NCBI RefSeq assembly: GCF_009914755.1
Contig: NC_060939.1
Source: the human T2T-CHM13v2.0 reference genome, Homo sapiens
DNA: 64,000 nucleotides
Strand: one strand, 5' to 3'
Shown: one piece after another, positions 62,672 through 64,000 of the stretch
How positions within the stretch are numbered: position 1 is the first letter of the stretch
Layout of the letters: every line of letters begins with the position of its first letter
Translations under genes and position numbers: made by a program
Notes under the pieces: model-generated
Told to the model about the DNA's origin: nothing
Database searches by the model: none
Seen by the model: only the letters and a program-made list of their open reading frames with translations

Positions 62672-62980
62672 GGCCGGGCACGGTAGCTCATGCCTGTAAT
62701 CCCAGCACTTTGGGAGCCCGAGGACGGTGGAACACAAGGTCAGGCGATCGAGACCATCCTGGCTAATGCGGTGAAACCCTGTCTCTACTAAAAATACAAA
62801 AAATAAAAATAAAAATAAATTAGCCGGGCGTGGTGGCAGGCACCTGTAGTCCCAGCTACTCGGGAGGCTGTGGCAAGAGAATGGCGTGAACCTGGGAGGC
62901 GAAGCTAGCAGTGAGCAAAGATCGTGCCACTGCACTCCAGCCTGGGCGACAGAGCGAGACTCTGTCTCAAAAAAAAAAAA
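62672..62980 (+). mobile_element. AluY-like, TSD AAAAGTAAGTAA
   Basis: 'gatcgagaccatcctggctaa', 'gaatggcgtgaacc'. Confidence 0.92.
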
Positions 62981-64000
62981 GTAAGTAAGTAAATAATTCC
63001 TATTGTTCCTCTCCAGTTCTCTGTTGTCACCAAGTTCTTTTCTCCCTGCCCAAGAAAGAGATGGGCTGGATGAAAGTTAGGTCTTTTGCTACTTTGGTCA
63101 AAAGAGTGTAAGCACCAATGGCTTGGATTTCATGTTTAGGCTTTTTAATCACAGACTTTTAATCACCACAGGCTCTTAATCAGAAACCAGTAAAAGCTGT
63201 CAGAAGTGATATTGACCATTTTTAAAGATCCAAAGCTGCAATAATTATATTTGAATGTGGAATTAAGACCCACTCAAATGGCAAGAGATGCTCAGGCCAT
63301 TCCATTTTTGTTTCTTAAAACATTCAGCAGATTAAAAAAGAAAGATGTACCAAAGCAAGATTATAAAATTGGTGTATATTTTAAATGCTTACATAGTGTG
63401 TTCAATCCATATTGACAAAATACAGCATAATATAATGATGCCATTCATAAGAAAATGTATAATTTATTAACCTTTATAAATTTGTATGCATTCATATTTA
63501 TTAAAAATTTTAATGCATTTGAATACTTAGACTAGTCCAGTAATGGAATACATGTTGAAAGTTATTTGATCTGAGGTTGGATTCCCAGAAGAAAAGTCAT
63601 ACAGATGATTTTTTAAGGGCTTCCAGAAGAAACCAGTAAGGAAGTGAAGAAAAGGGTAAAGCTAGGAGAAGAGGCCACGTAAGGGTATGATTTCAGAAGT
63701 ACCAGCCCCCACCCTGATCCTGAACTCTGGAATGTAACAGATGCGAAGGAACTGAGCTTTTGCACTCTTGTACGAGTGATGGTGCGAGGTGTAAACTCAC
63801 AGGCCGTTCTGGTTCTTGGTGACCCAAAGCAGCTTCACTAGCCTGCATCTGTTCTCAGAATGAACAGTGACACAGAAGCAAAACACACAGAAGCCAAGGA
63901 TGGGGTAGACAGAAGTGCTTTGAGGGACTCCAGGGGGTCTGGACAAAGCACTGGCTATATCTCCTACAACATCCTTGTTTGCCATCCTTTGATCTTATCA

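Overview
Human genomic DNA (Alu/L1/L2/MIR-rich; recognised as the chr15q21 CEP152 locus). The window holds the 5' two-thirds of CEP152 (centrosomal protein 152/Asterless orthologue; primary microcephaly and Seckel syndrome gene) on the minus strand. It includes the CpG-island promoter and non-coding exon 1 (~57.2 kb) and coding exons 2-20 (51845 down to 2090; 3345 nt, aa 1-1115; all GT-AG and phase-consistent). The gene continues off the left end, and ~6.5 kb of repeat-rich upstream DNA lies at the right end. The most notable observation is in intron 17: an intact, in-frame 186-nt exon-like segment (10401-10586) that is absent from the canonical protein as I recall it, yet encodes CEP152's own 23-residue Trp-bounded coiled-coil repeat. 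It sits alone between an old AluS and an oppositely oriented young AluYg6 (a human-lineage subfamily), the architecture reported to cause exon skipping at TBXT. Other findings include a truncated AluYb8, a 102-bp locally templated insertion into an MLT1 LTR, candidate poison exons, and cell-cycle/RFX-type promoter motifs. Exon numbering, isoform statements and repeat subfamily names come from recall, not database searches.
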